A stretch of DNA of 62,413 nucleotides, the filler included, from Atractiella rhizophila (lineage: Eukaryota), in NCBI GenBank assembly GCA_021432655.1. It is 26 parts of 26 records of this genome, joined end to end, with 100 filler letters (N's around TTAATTAATTAA, not from the genome) between each part and the next. Parts side by side here need not be neighbours in the genome. Positions count along the whole stretch, not along the records: positions 9,806 to 12,144 come from MU272708.1; positions 12,245 to 14,582 come from MU272709.1; positions 14,683 to 17,018 come from MU272710.1; positions 17,119 to 19,443 come from MU272711.1; positions 19,544 to 21,867 come from MU272712.1; 21 more parts are not named here. One strand, written 5' to 3'. Positions 9,806 through 21,867 of the stretch are shown here, one piece after another. Within the stretch, counting starts at the first letter, position 1. Each line of letters opens with the position of its first letter. The position numbers and the translations under genes are program-made. Under the pieces are notes generated by a model. That model was not told where the DNA came from. It saw nothing but the letters and a program-made list of their open reading frames with translations, and searched no databases.

Positions 9806-12139
9806 CTCTTGCCACGGATTGCTTAGGCCCCCGAAAACACCTCCAATACTGTTAAGTCTCTTAGTTATTGCCATCTCTAAACAAGCGTATAAACTTACGT
9901 TATAGCGAAGAACGCCAATCCAGTCTGTCCGTTATCGAATCCATACACATTCTTGCAAACCAAAGGAATCGCTTCAAGGAGTAGGTATAGAACCCCCCAC
10001 GCAAATCCCACCCAAAGAGAAAACGACAGAACTACTGGCTCAGTCGCCATGAGATCTGTTGCCCACACTCGACATCAAACTCGGATAATGCTCAGGGGGA
10101 AGAAGAACGCACAGAGTGGCCGCGACAAACTAACACGGATCAATATCGCAAGGCTCGCTCGCTCTTCGTCAGCTTTCACTTTGTATCTCTCATCTCCAGT
10201 GATGGAGCGGAGATGCTGGGCGATGCGGGACAAGATGACGGAACCTCGTGTCTCCCTGAGAATGAGTAGCATCAGGAGCCACGTCACGCTGGCAAGTATG
10301 AGCTATGGCCACTGCTAAGTTCTGCTTTCGCTAACAGGAAGCATTGACGTTACCTGAATCCAATTCGACCACCTCCAACCAATGTCTTGTTCTACATAGC
10401 CGAACCATACCTAATCATCATTAACACCTACAGGACTCACATAAGAGAGACGCTTACAGCTCCCAAACCAGTCCCAGCGAAAGTACATATACTGAAGATA
10501 CTCATTGGCACACCCCTCTGCGAACTTTCAAACATATCGGCCACGGTTCCTCCCACCATCGTACTCCCAGTGCTCGCAGCTGCCCCAGAAAGAAACCTAA
10601 CGACACATATGGCCGCTATGCTTCTCGTGAGAGCTTGAGGGATGAAGAATGCGGCGTAGAGCAAAGTTGTGACGATGTACAGAGGATTTCGCCCGTACGC
10701 CTCTGAAAATGGGGCCAGGACGAGAGGTGCCACCCCGAAGCCAAGTGGGTAACTAACACAGGATCTTGTCAGCGGAATACAAAGCACGAACGGAAAAGCG
10801 ACTTGCAGCCCAAGTGCCAAATTGTTAATTTCACTCTTTGACCCTAGGTCAGTAGTCATCCCAGGAATACAGATAGCGAAGGCTGAAGCAGTCGAAGCTC
10901 TGTTTTCCCGTACACGAATATCAATTAGTGGGTCATTTCATGACAACGAGGGAAATGTAGGGAGAGGGGAAACGAACACCAGCAAGCAATACCAGCAGCA
11001 CAGGATCGTTATCGTCCACTTCTTCCGACTCGTCCAATTGAAAGGGTTCCGCTTTGAACCTGGCACGAACTCGACCTGTGTATCAGGTCAGTGAGCGGGA
11101 ATCTGAATGGTCGCAAGTTCATCATCGATCGTCTGTGTTCACATTCCAGTACTGTACAACAAGAGGAAATGTCCTCGTCCAACTCGAATCGGGAACAACG
11201 GGACTGCACGCATTCCATTGATAATGAGGGAAAGCGGAAAACCTTAACATCAAAGTCGATGAGGCGTTGAATCCAAGGGAGCCGTAAGACCATTTTACCT
11301 CACGCATCGTGCGATGGGTTGTTACTCGACTGTCCCAACTTCAAGTTGTGCAGAAAATGTCAAGGATCTTCGTCATAGAAACTAAATTTAGGGACAGGTG
11401 CAGGTTGATTGTCATGCTTCCAGCAATGACAAGTGAGTAGTGTAACTCGTAGTTGAAAGAGTTGGAAAGACATGAAATAACGATGTTTGGTCGTACGGTA
11501 CGCAGATCGCGTCCCCCTCCATTGAGTTGCGACTAAACAAAACAATATGGATAGGGGTGAACTAATGCGCACTGCTAGATGTCAAGGTGGATGAGGAACC
11601 TAATCATTGGACCCCAAACAGCACTAGCCAGTTAAGACTAGAAGCGAAAAGGACAGGAATCTTGTGGTCCTGCTCGTGCTCCATCCAGCTAGTATCGATT
11701 GAAACGAAATCAAGTTAGGTCGCTGAAAGTGAGAAAGTGGGAGAGGCTGCAACAACAAACTGGCAAACCAGTCTGGTTTTTATTGGAAGCATTGTGAAAA
11801 CGAATGCACTAGATGCATACTACATTTCTAGATGATAGGAACAAGCAAGAAACTCACCCAAAGCACTTCCTCTCCTTCCCTTCGTTGTAATACCGATCTA
11901 ACTCCCTCGTCCCTCTCCACCGGTCGTCCAACCCACTCCTCCCCCTCCTTATTCTTGTCACCGTCGTTTTCGTGTTCTTCCTCATTCAGAGTATCGGATT
12001 CATCCTCCTTCCGCCGTCGCTCCTCCAAGCCTTGGGGTGAAATCCTTCCTGCTTCGAGCTCTTCATGTAAATTATCGTTTTTCTCCATTGCTTGAACCTT
12101 CCGCCGATGATGGGGAAAAATTGGCGTCAGAAAGCTCAT
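9806..12139 (-). CDS. MFS drug:H+ antiporter-1 (DHA1, Tpo/Flr1-like) transporter, 3'-truncated
   Basis: VLW|VEFVPGSKRNPFNWTSRKKW, GFGVAPLVLAPFSEAYGRNPLY, RFLSGAAASTGSTMVGGTVADMF, GWRWSNWIQ, LRETRGSVIL, SLSRP..EPVVLSFSLWVGFAWG. First intron is 782 nt (11857-11076); one GC-AG intron (10806-10753). Confidence 0.92.
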
Positions 12140-12893
12140 AAATANNNNNNNNNNNNNNNNNNNNNNNNNNNNNNNNNNNNNNNNNNNNTTAATTAATTAA
12201 NNNNNNNNNNNNNNNNNNNNNNNNNNNNNNNNNNNNNNNNNNNNTTGTCTGGCAGAATTTGACGACGAGATAGTTACGAGCTAATTCTACGGAACTTACT
12301 GCCACTCACTCATGATTCGTAGTCTCTTCATTCTATTTCTTCTTTGCGGCAGTTTAACAGTCGGAAATCTCCTAGATTCTGTGAATACCCTCATTGAGAT
12401 TTTGGTCTGTTGTATCATTATTATTCGTCGGATTCGGACAGGTTCAAGTTGGCGCATCGAAATTGTATGATAGTTGGATGTGCCCAGTAATTCATGTTGG
12501 TTATCGATGCATCGCTGTTGCGCTTTCGTCGACCGATGGCATCTCAACATGTCATTTAATGTCACGATGCAACTAGCTTCACTCAATATCTAAACCATTG
12601 GCCCACTCACCCACACGATAATTGCTGCAGCTCCCCAATCTCGGTTCGTTAGCTTACGCAAGACAAAGGCTTGATCAAAGGAAGCCACATGGAACTAACT
12701 CCCCTTTGTCTTGGGATTCAATGAATTGGGAATCCAAACTGACTCATAAATGAATTGCAAGGTTATGCGCCAAAACAAGCTCAATTAAATTTGTTTGGAT
12801 CGTGAGGGACTGTGCCCTCCTTTCATTGCCATTTAAAAGATGTCACGCTGGCTCTTCGGTTCTCCCCCCTGACTGCCAGCCTGAGCGTACAAA

Positions 12894-13875
12894 ATGCCGC
12901 TCGTCATAGAAGAGGTCGATGCGAATCCACCGTTCCCACCGTTACACATCGGACCGAGCGCGAGACCTCCTTCCGCCATCTCATCTGCCAGTGCTTCAAG
13001 CTCCGCCAGTGAAACAACGAGCAACCCTTCCATCAATCCTGCAGCCCATCGGCGGAAGAGACAGAAAAGAAGGGACCCTAACTACACACTTCGGGACTCG
13101 CGGCGAGAAAATCCTCTTCGAGAGTGGTTCATAAACAACCTTGGATGCCCGTATCCATCGGAGGAAGATAAAGCTCAACTACAACAGCAATGTCCGCACC
13201 TCAACGCTGCGCAAATCAACACTTTCTTTGTCAACTTTCGGAGGAGGACAGGGTGGATGGAGCTCTTCAAGACTTATGCAGAGAGCGATATGGGGGTGAT
13301 GGGGAACATTTGCGCTGCTTGCCTCGATCCAAGGCTGCAGTTTGAGATGGATCAGAAGGTAAACCGTAGCCTATTCTTCCTTCCTCCTATGCTAAGCTTA
13401 TCCACCTACGACTAATGAATAGGTTGTCCGAGCAGTCCACGAAATGGTCAGAAGACTAAACCATGCCAACGTCTTCAAAGCGCGCAGCATCCTTCCTGAA
13501 CAAAGAGAAGATGAACTTGCTGCCACTGCTCCGAACCTCGTAGCCACCGTCTCTCAACTACCGCCGAAACCAGTCCCCGTCCTCCCTCCTCGTCCTCCTT
13601 TAGGCACAGGTCGTACGCAGATGCCGTTGTTCACGATCCCCGATTCGTATTTTGGAAAGCCAAAAGAACCTGTTTCAAGTTCCACTCGCGTCGAGAATGG
13701 GCAAGAACAATCCAATTCTACGAATTCACTCTTTCCCCATTTGATCCGCACTGACCCTCGGAGCGCACCATCACCTCCCCCCCATCGCGAACTTAGGCGT
13801 TCCATGTTGGAAAGAGAAGAAGAGCAGGACGAAATGGCCAGTTGGCTGAACTATGACGTTTTTGAGTCAGATTGA
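12894..13875 (+). CDS. TALE-class (Homeobox_KN) homeodomain protein resembling basidiomycete HD1 mating-type proteins, ~305 aa
   Basis: NPLREWFINNLGCPYPSEEDKAQL..QINTFFVNFRRRTGW, with the PYP TALE loop and NxRRRxGW tail. Exons 12894-13358 and 13423-13875; intron GTAAAC...CTAAT...TAG. Confidence 0.8.
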
Positions 13876-14152
13876 CCATTTTCATTTTCTCTCACAACAG
13901 CGCATACCCCGATACACATTTTCGTTATACGTACCGTTTTTATCACCAGTTTGCATCGCACCAGCATTACGTTTTTCAACCCTTATACAAATCAAGTGAA
14001 AATTATGATACGTGCTATAAATGCCCTGGCTTGTCGCGTTTGGAAAGTCACGTGTGGGAGTGGGATCGTGCTTGCTGAACCACAGAAACGACGAAAGCAT
14101 GCATGCTGGGTAGAAGGGAAGGGAAGCTTCAAAGAGCTTGTGGTATCCTGAA

Positions 14153-14582
14153 ATGAGTTCAGACTATGGGTTTGATGACGACTTTGACCTTTCACCCGAT
14201 TTGATTGAGATTTTGGACCGGCCAACTCGAGCAGCAAAGCCACTGAAGAAACCAGGTGTGTGGTCTCATTTTACGCGTTACTTTGGGAGGGAGTTTGAGA
14301 GAGCCGTATATTAGACCTTTCGCCTATTCGCCCCGCGAAAAGAGCGAAGTATGAACCGACTGCTAAAGTGGAGGATGAAATCGCAGACGTGCCATTCGAG
14401 CTCGAGTGGGACGAAACAACGAGATCATACAGAGCCGCTGGCGTAGACGATACAATACAGAAAAGCAAAAATGAACCATCTGTCGCGCGGAATACTGGGT
14501 GGAAAACGAATCCAACTCAAGTTCCAGCCTTGCCAAAAGTTGCACCTCATGCCCTGAAGGACAACAGCCGGTCAAGCACTCG
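14153..14582 (+). CDS. Hypothetical protein, 5' part
   Basis: MSSDYGFDDDFDLSPDLIEILDRP..KKP, then a GTGTGT...TAG intron, then DLSPIRPAKRAKYEP...; open to the contig end. Confidence 0.45.
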
Positions 14583-16163
14583 NNNNNNNNNNNNNNNNNN
14601 NNNNNNNNNNNNNNNNNNNNNNNNNNTTAATTAATTAANNNNNNNNNNNNNNNNNNNNNNNNNNNNNNNNNNNNNNNNNNNNAGTCTTGATCTACCGCAT
14701 CAGCAGCATGGTTGGACAGAAGCAGAGTATGTCCGGTGGCTTAACGAGCATGAGGAAGCGGAAAGAGTGAGACTACTTGAGAGAGTCGAAAGAGAGGAGG
14801 CTGCCAAAGACAAAGAGAAGGATGAGCTGAAGGGTTGTATTCTGCGATGGAAGGATCTCCTTCTTTAAATCATGTTAGCCTTGTTAATCTCTTGTTTGTC
14901 ACTTTCCTGTGGTTTTATGTTGCTGTTGCTAGTCAGTAAACTGGAGTTTATGACAGAATTTCTGCGGTATCTTCCAAGTATCATTTTGGTTACTGCAGAT
15001 AAGTAGACATTACTTTGCTGCACAAACCAATGTTGCAGTCGATCAATATTACTCAATAATTAATCAATATTGATCGGTACTGATCAACGGTCCTCATAAC
15101 TGTGACGGAACCCTGAAGCAGCTGCCATCTGCACTGTTACAATGTATTGAACCATCCAAACCACCGTCATGCAGGGTGTGTAGTATGTTTGGTATTATCA
15201 CCGAACTCCACCAGTTCTTGAACGATGCTCAATTGAAAATGGAGAACTGCTGATACTGATACCAGGGGGGTGGATGCCGGTGGACGAAGGAACCTCTAGG
15301 TTTGATTTGACGGACGTCCATGATTACACGACTGTGAGGCTACAACCAAGGGTCCATTGTGAATATCGTTCAAGGTCAAAGCTCGCAGGAACCAATGTCT
15401 CGTTGCACGGCCTGCGAATGGCATAATGTTTTGGAATGTGAGCCAGTTGCACCTCCAGCTCGCACTCCATGCAAGAGGTGTCGCAAAATTGGATTGAGGT
15501 AAGTGGTCATTTGACATTGCCAATGTCAAGCACACTAATGCGTGTGCTGTGAATCTCAAGCTGCACATTCAGTAGCGCGAAGCGTGCTGGTCGGCGTGTT
15601 GGTCGCAGAAACCCTGGCAATCGGGAGGTACCTCTGCAAGGACGTCACAAGAGCATTCACATTGATGATTCAGAGGGCAAAGGCCAACAGCTTACGAAGC
15701 AGCGTGATGCCGTTGCTCACTCCATGTTGCGAGCCATGAACATATCCGCATCTTCGCTGAATTCCCGCCTCGGGGAAGTACAACTTATGATAAGTCTAGG
15801 TAACCATCTTTTGAGTGGTATAGTTTGACCTTTTTTTGCTTTCTTTTACCTGAGCTGCGTTTTCTAGTCGCATCTATTCATCTACGAGCCGACTTCTCGT
15901 TCCTATCCTTCCTCCCCTTCTCCGAAGACTGGGTTTCGTACGAACGCTTGCGCTCGAATCAAACGTCCTTAGGGCCATACTTGGACGTGAGCATCGTTTA
16001 TCCGCTGCTACTAGTACAATTCTTTAAGTCAAATTTTAGTTGTGGATTGCGTATTGTCTTGCAATGGCGTCTTCCATTTCAAACCATTCTGCAAGTTGTT
16101 GCTACCGGCACTTGCAAATCCTAAAAGTTCGTGTAACAGGCGATTGTCGGTCATAAAAACGCA

Positions 16164-16970
16164 ATGGAGTCTATCCCTCTTCAGACTCTGAACAGCACCG
16201 AACTCAATGATTTGAGGCAAGCCGGTTACAGCAGATATGCTATTCAAGCACACTTCGTCGACAAATGTTATAATGTCGCTATATCGGTGCTCTCATCGTT
16301 TGGCCAAACAGATTTTCAGGCATTCAAAATAGCAGTCACGATTCTGGGTACCGTGAACAAAAATGACGAGCAAGTTCGACCTCGAAAAAGGCTACTTATC
16401 GAGGAGTGCGCTCGCTGTTTCAGAAACCTCTGGGAACAAGCAGAGAATGACACTAAAAGGTTGGAGATGTTACCAACCTTCGCCATGCTATGTGCACGTC
16501 CTTTCCTCTACACATCCTCATTTGTTCACATTGATTCGGAAGGCTGAAGACCATTCCGCGTGTCGACTGGCCTTGCCTGCTGTGTGCGCATGTTCTCCCT
16601 CCTCCTGTCAACCAACTAACCGATAAACTAGTCGTGACGAGGATCTCCGGCGTTACTCGAGGATAGAAGAATATGCCCCATTAATCATTAGTCATTCAAC
16701 TGCTTTGACACAGCTGGAGTTGGAAGCAGGCCAGTTCTCCAAGGACGGGTATGCAGAACGTATCTACGAGTGCCTTCAATCAATCCTGAGGTCATTGGTT
16801 GTTTCTCGTGCGTTGATAATTCCTTTACTTATGACTGAAGGTTGTATTAGGACATCGAGTATTTGAAACCGAGAGTTCAAGAGACGCTGTTGAAGGCATC
16901 TGTGTCAAAGCTTGTCAAAGCCTGCATCGATACCGAGGGTGGCGGAACAGATGTTTTCAAGTCTTGACGG
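16164..16970 (+). CDS. Hypothetical intron-containing protein
   Basis: 127-aa ATG-initiated ORF (MESIPLQTL...) followed by plausible introns and further coding-like exons. No family recognised; 3' end approximate. Confidence 0.35.
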
Positions 16971-17118
16971 CCCGAGACTTTGAACAACCTGAAACCTCCT
17001 TCCTCACTGGACCTCACGNNNNNNNNNNNNNNNNNNNNNNNNNNNNNNNNNNNNNNNNNNNNTTAATTAATTAANNNNNNNNNNNNNNNNNNNNNNNNNN
17101 NNNNNNNNNNNNNNNNNN

Positions 17119-19346
17119 AAGGGAGTGGGGAGGGAAGAGAAGGCGGAGAAGGTGTTTGATATCCTTCCGAGGTTGGAGTGGGTGCCGGCGGTGGAGAAAT
17201 ATCAGCCAGGTCTGACACTGAACTCGGAATACGAAACGGTGAATGTAGCCATTCCAAAGCCCAAAATAGGACCCGTGCGTCTTTCCTTTCACTTTTCTTT
17301 GCATCCTAGGGATGTGAAGTTGATGTGCTATGGGATGGATGCGAATAGGAGCTTCCCGTCGCCTCAACGTCCAAACAGACGCTCTCTCCCCCGCCCTCTC
17401 CGCCGTCCTCGCCTGTTCCCGCTTCACTCTCCCCCTTCTCCACCCGGCTACACACCTCCACCCCGCTCTCCCTGCAATGGCCCAACACCCCTCTCAAGTC
17501 CGCCCCCGGCCTGCACAACGCCGGCAACACCTGTTTCGTCAACTCCATCCTCCAGCCGCTCCTCCACACTCCCCCCCTCATCGACGCCCTGGTCGTGAAG
17601 GGCATGCACGAGATGGGGAAGTGTAGGAAGGAGAATACGAGGGAGGGAGAGTCGAGGTCGAACAATAAGTTGTGGGGGTATTGTGTGGCTTGTGCGATGG
17701 ACAATTTGATGAAGAAGACTTGGGTCGATGGAAATCGGGAGCGCTCGACGGGATTTTTTGGGACTAAACATATGAGACGTATGTATTTGTCTCCTTTGCC
17801 CTTTTTTTTGGATAATTGATTGGTTTGGGTGGAGTAGTTATAGTACCTCATTTCCAGGCATATAGACAAGAAGATGCCCATGAATTCCTACGCTATACCC
17901 TGGACGGGATGCAACAGGCCCTCTTAAACAAATTCCCGTTCGTCATTTCCCCTTTCCCGTCCAATTCATCCCCAACCAACTCAAAACTCATGTTTTGCGA
18001 ATGAGAACAGGAAAGACGTCGAGGCAAAACTCAGACATCAGACCTTCATCTCACGCATCTTCGGAGGCAAGCTCCGTTCGAGAGTGACATGCAAGACGTG
18101 CGGCTATAATTCGGACACGTACGACGAGATGATGGATGTCTCCCTCGATGTCAGGCTGAACGATGTAGAGGGAGGATTGAGGGCTTTCACGCGGGCGGAG
18201 AGGTTGGATGGACAGAATAAATATAAATGTGATAAGTAAGTTCTTCCCTTACCTTGCTACTTGCTTCATGGTTCCCCGGTTCGGCTCTGAAGGATATGGA
18301 TGGTGCAGGTGCAAGAAACCGGTCGCTGCTGAGAAGAGGTTTTCGATAGAGAAGGCACCTATGGTTCTCACGGTCCATTTGAAGAGGTTCACCAGCATGG
18401 GGAAGAAGATTAATGGGCCTGTAGGCTATCCCGAGAGGCTGAACATCGCTCCTTATCTCAGCCAAAATGAGGTGCGTTTGCCTCCACCACCTCATTCCTC
18501 GTTGACATTATTGACGGGGGCTTGGGTGTGCAGGGACCGGAGTGGTACAAGCTTTACGCGATGACCGCTCACCATGGAGGCTCCCCTAATTCCGGACATT
18601 ACATCTCTTACGTCCACACTCCCCGCGGCTGGGTAGAGTTCGACGACTCGTCTAGGACCACGGTCACCGGTTTCCCACAATACAAAAACAGCGTCTACCT
18701 CCTCTACTACCTACAAGAGCGAAGTCGAGAGGGACACAGCAATAGAACCCCCACCTCATCCACCCCTTCCCGCCAAAGCCATCATAACCTAGTATCAAAC
18801 ACACCAAAGAATCCCAACGCCTCCTTCCGTTCTCTCACCACCAACAAACCCTCATCAACCGAGCCCTTCGGGTCGAACGAGAAAAAGCGAAAGCTCGAAG
18901 ACGGCGCTTCATCCCTTCCTCCGGCAAAGAGACCAGTGACGGTATCCCCTCGCCACCCAAGCATCCTTCCCCCTCCCACAGAAAACATGCGTCGCGAATC
19001 GATCGCCAACCTAAAAGCGAAGGCGATGGCCCAGGCTCAGACCTCTTCCTCGTCCGCACCGTCCTCGCCCAATAAACACAAATCTGCTACGTCGACCGTC
19101 CTGACAGAGAGCGCGGTCGGTGCTCGTGCGGTGGGAGGAGGACTGATGAGCGCTGCGATACAGGGGAGAGGAGGGGTCGCGCTTGTGGACTATGAAGAAG
19201 AGGAGGATGTGGGCGAGAAGGTGGAGAGGCAGCAGGCAGGGTCGTCCAAGTCGTCGAGTGTAGCGAGCAATGGGACTGGAGGAGGGAAGAATGGAGCGAA
19301 TAGACCAAAGATGATCGATGCGCTGAAAGGGAAGAAGAACCGTTGA
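17119..19346 (+). CDS. Ubiquitin-specific protease (USP36/USP42/Ubp16-like), 5'-truncated
   Basis: Cys box GLHNAGNTCFVNSILQ, QEDAHEFLR, FGGKLRSRVTC, NKYKCDK|CKK, LTVHLKRF, His box HHGGSPNSGHY..WVEFDD, then a disordered C-tail; stop at 19346. Confidence 0.93.
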
Positions 19347-20831
19347 AGAAATGGTAGAACAGACCTTGAAGTCGAATGCCCTTTGTAACTCCGTTCAGCT
19401 TAAACTCTTGTTTGTTTCCATCAATGCATACAACACCGTGAAANNNNNNNNNNNNNNNNNNNNNNNNNNNNNNNNNNNNNNNNNNNNTTAATTAATTAAN
19501 NNNNNNNNNNNNNNNNNNNNNNNNNNNNNNNNNNNNNNNNNNNTAATAGAGACGGTGCAGACCGGCGAAATGTGTAAGGTTTGCTGAGCGGCGATTCGTG
19601 TAAGATAGGGAAAGCGGCGATCAGCGCGAATGTGAGCAGAGCGGCGATGGGGAGGCGCGTGGTCTTATGGCATGGTAAAGTAGGTCACGTGACTTTAGAC
19701 GGTGCATTTCGGTAATGCGTAGGGGCAAGCCTGACACAGTTCTCATTCCTCGAATCGGCACTGACAGTGTAGTATCAAACCAGCTTCCTTTTCAATTCCG
19801 GCGCTTTCAATTCCCTGTGCGCTTAGCGTTTGCCTTAACTCTGAATAAAGCGTGAGGACAATCTGTTGGACATGTGGGTTTGTACTCAGAGTCTTCTCCT
19901 TTCTCTCATGGGCAGCTTTATGTTGGTCTTTCACGGGTTTCAAATGCAAACAATTTATGAGAATTGGTCAAAACAAAGCAAGGAGAGGAAAACAAGCAAA
20001 CAGATAATGTAGTTTACAAAGAAGTGTTACGAGTACTCAATCACTGATCATCTCTCAGCATGTTCCTAACAGTATAGTCAAAAGCTGAAGTGGTTCTCTG
20101 AGGTACGAGGAGACCACCCAGCTTTTCATTGTTTTTTGAAGACAGTAGAGTACATATGGTGAGTCTGTGCTCGCCGAAGGCAAGGCCCCACGCAGTGGCT
20201 GCCAGAGGCAAGAGTTCCACGCAGTGGCCGCCGGAGGCTGGGGTCCAAGGGGCGAAGCCCCTGGCGGGGGGGGGATGCCCGAGGGACGAGGGCACTGACA
20301 CACTTGTCCCTATTAAATTATAAGCCCCAAGGAGCACATTATGTTTGCTTAAATTACACGACATTACATTATAATGTAATGGTAGGAGCGCTGCTGAGGA
20401 CCTTGCAACTCACACCTTCCTCAGGCAGCAGACCTGCATGAGGAATCAAGATCCCTCCCACTCATGTTCTTCAGAACCGATCAGCAGGTCCAAGAGCCCT
20501 CTATCGATGAACGAGGAAGAGGAGAAGCAAGATGTGACGTTTGCTTTCCTTCCGTCCCCCTGCTCGTGGCGGTGAAAGCACGGACCAACACTCCTTTCAA
20601 CCGGGCAATGTGACGGATTCCGAAATCCGCACAGTAACCCTACAAAATGTGCTGACGGAACAGTTCCGCCGCGAAGTGATATAAGCAGAGCCACTGAAAG
20701 ATCGTTGGAATGACCTCATTTGGGAAGGGCTGGCGGTGAAGTGGATTGTCGCGAGGGAACCTTGCGACTGTCAGTTTGTGGAGGGGCATCACAATGGTGT
20801 CAAATTGAAAGGATCATTTCTTAACCATAAA

Positions 20832-21867
20832 TTACTCTGAAAGTGCCATTTGCCCTTTAGCTACCTTCACAATGTTCCCACTTCCGGGTCCCCTCAATTT
20901 TTTGGAAGCTTGACTGGATGGCAACGTCCTTCCCTTCCTTTTTCGTGTCTTCTGACCAGGACGCCTAACCTCGTGATCGTAGGCCTTATCCTTCTCATCT
21001 CCCCAGTCACCCAACAGAAGCGAGCGCTTCAATATCTTTCGTAAGCAGTCGTGCGTCCCCATCTGCGCGAGTAGCGTCTTTTCCTCGCGAACGGCCACGG
21101 CCTCGACTTCTTCCTCTGTAAACGAACCCTTGGTCTCCAGTTTCAACCTCAACCTGATGTTCTCCTTCTTCTCCCTACTCAATCCAAGAACGGATTGCCT
21201 TAAGGCAGTCATCACTTCTTCTAGGACTTCCTTGAATGGCAGTGCAGTCGTTAGTTTGAGGCTTTCAACAGTCGACTGCGATCCGATCACCATCCTTCTT
21301 GCCTCGACCGATGCAGATAGTTCGTGGAACGGCACTCTATCAAAGTTAGAGAGGAATCGTCCGCGTTCGTCGGGGTTCATGTTGCTGGCTGCGTACGAAG
21401 CGGCGGACCACAAAAGAACATAGACCATGGACTCCATATCGTCCTGCACTTCATGTTCCACAGGCGAATCATCCACCATGCTCGCTAGGAGACGTAGGGA
21501 CATGAATTCCTCTGTTCCCTACTGAACGTCAACTATGGCATTCACATCAGACAGGAACACCTACAGTTCGCTCGTTCGCCTCCGAAGTACCCTCCCCCAC
21601 CCTAGCCAGCTCCCAATCACAAAGGAAACCGCGTCTGTTGTCGTCAAAGAGAATGTTGCCTTCAGATATATCTCTGTGAAGGATCGAAGCTTGACCGCCG
21701 GAAGAATCGAAGGCTTTCTGATGAGCTAAAATGGCCAGATCAGAACTTGGTGTTGCCAAGAAAATTTACCTGCCTTCGAGAGCATCAGCTAGAGCCTGAA
21801 CCAAGCATTTCGTGGATGGGAACTCCCACAGCGGACGGACGACCTTGTCCAAAACCAATCGATAGTG
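20832..21867 (-). CDS. Fungal-type protein kinase (FunK1/Pkinase_fungal), 3' part
   Basis: HYRLVLDKVVRPLWEF..ILHRDISEGNIL..GFLCDWELA..ERT|GTEEFMSLRLL..HEVQDDMESMVYVLLW. Confidence 0.88.

Noticed and set aside
12296..12586. Divergent ORF upstream of the HD1-like gene as a possible HD2
   Set aside because: No homeodomain motif and a non-ATG start.
15041..15075. GATCAATATT...AATATTGATC inverted repeat
   Set aside because: Short and AT-rich, with no evidence of element ends or a TSD.
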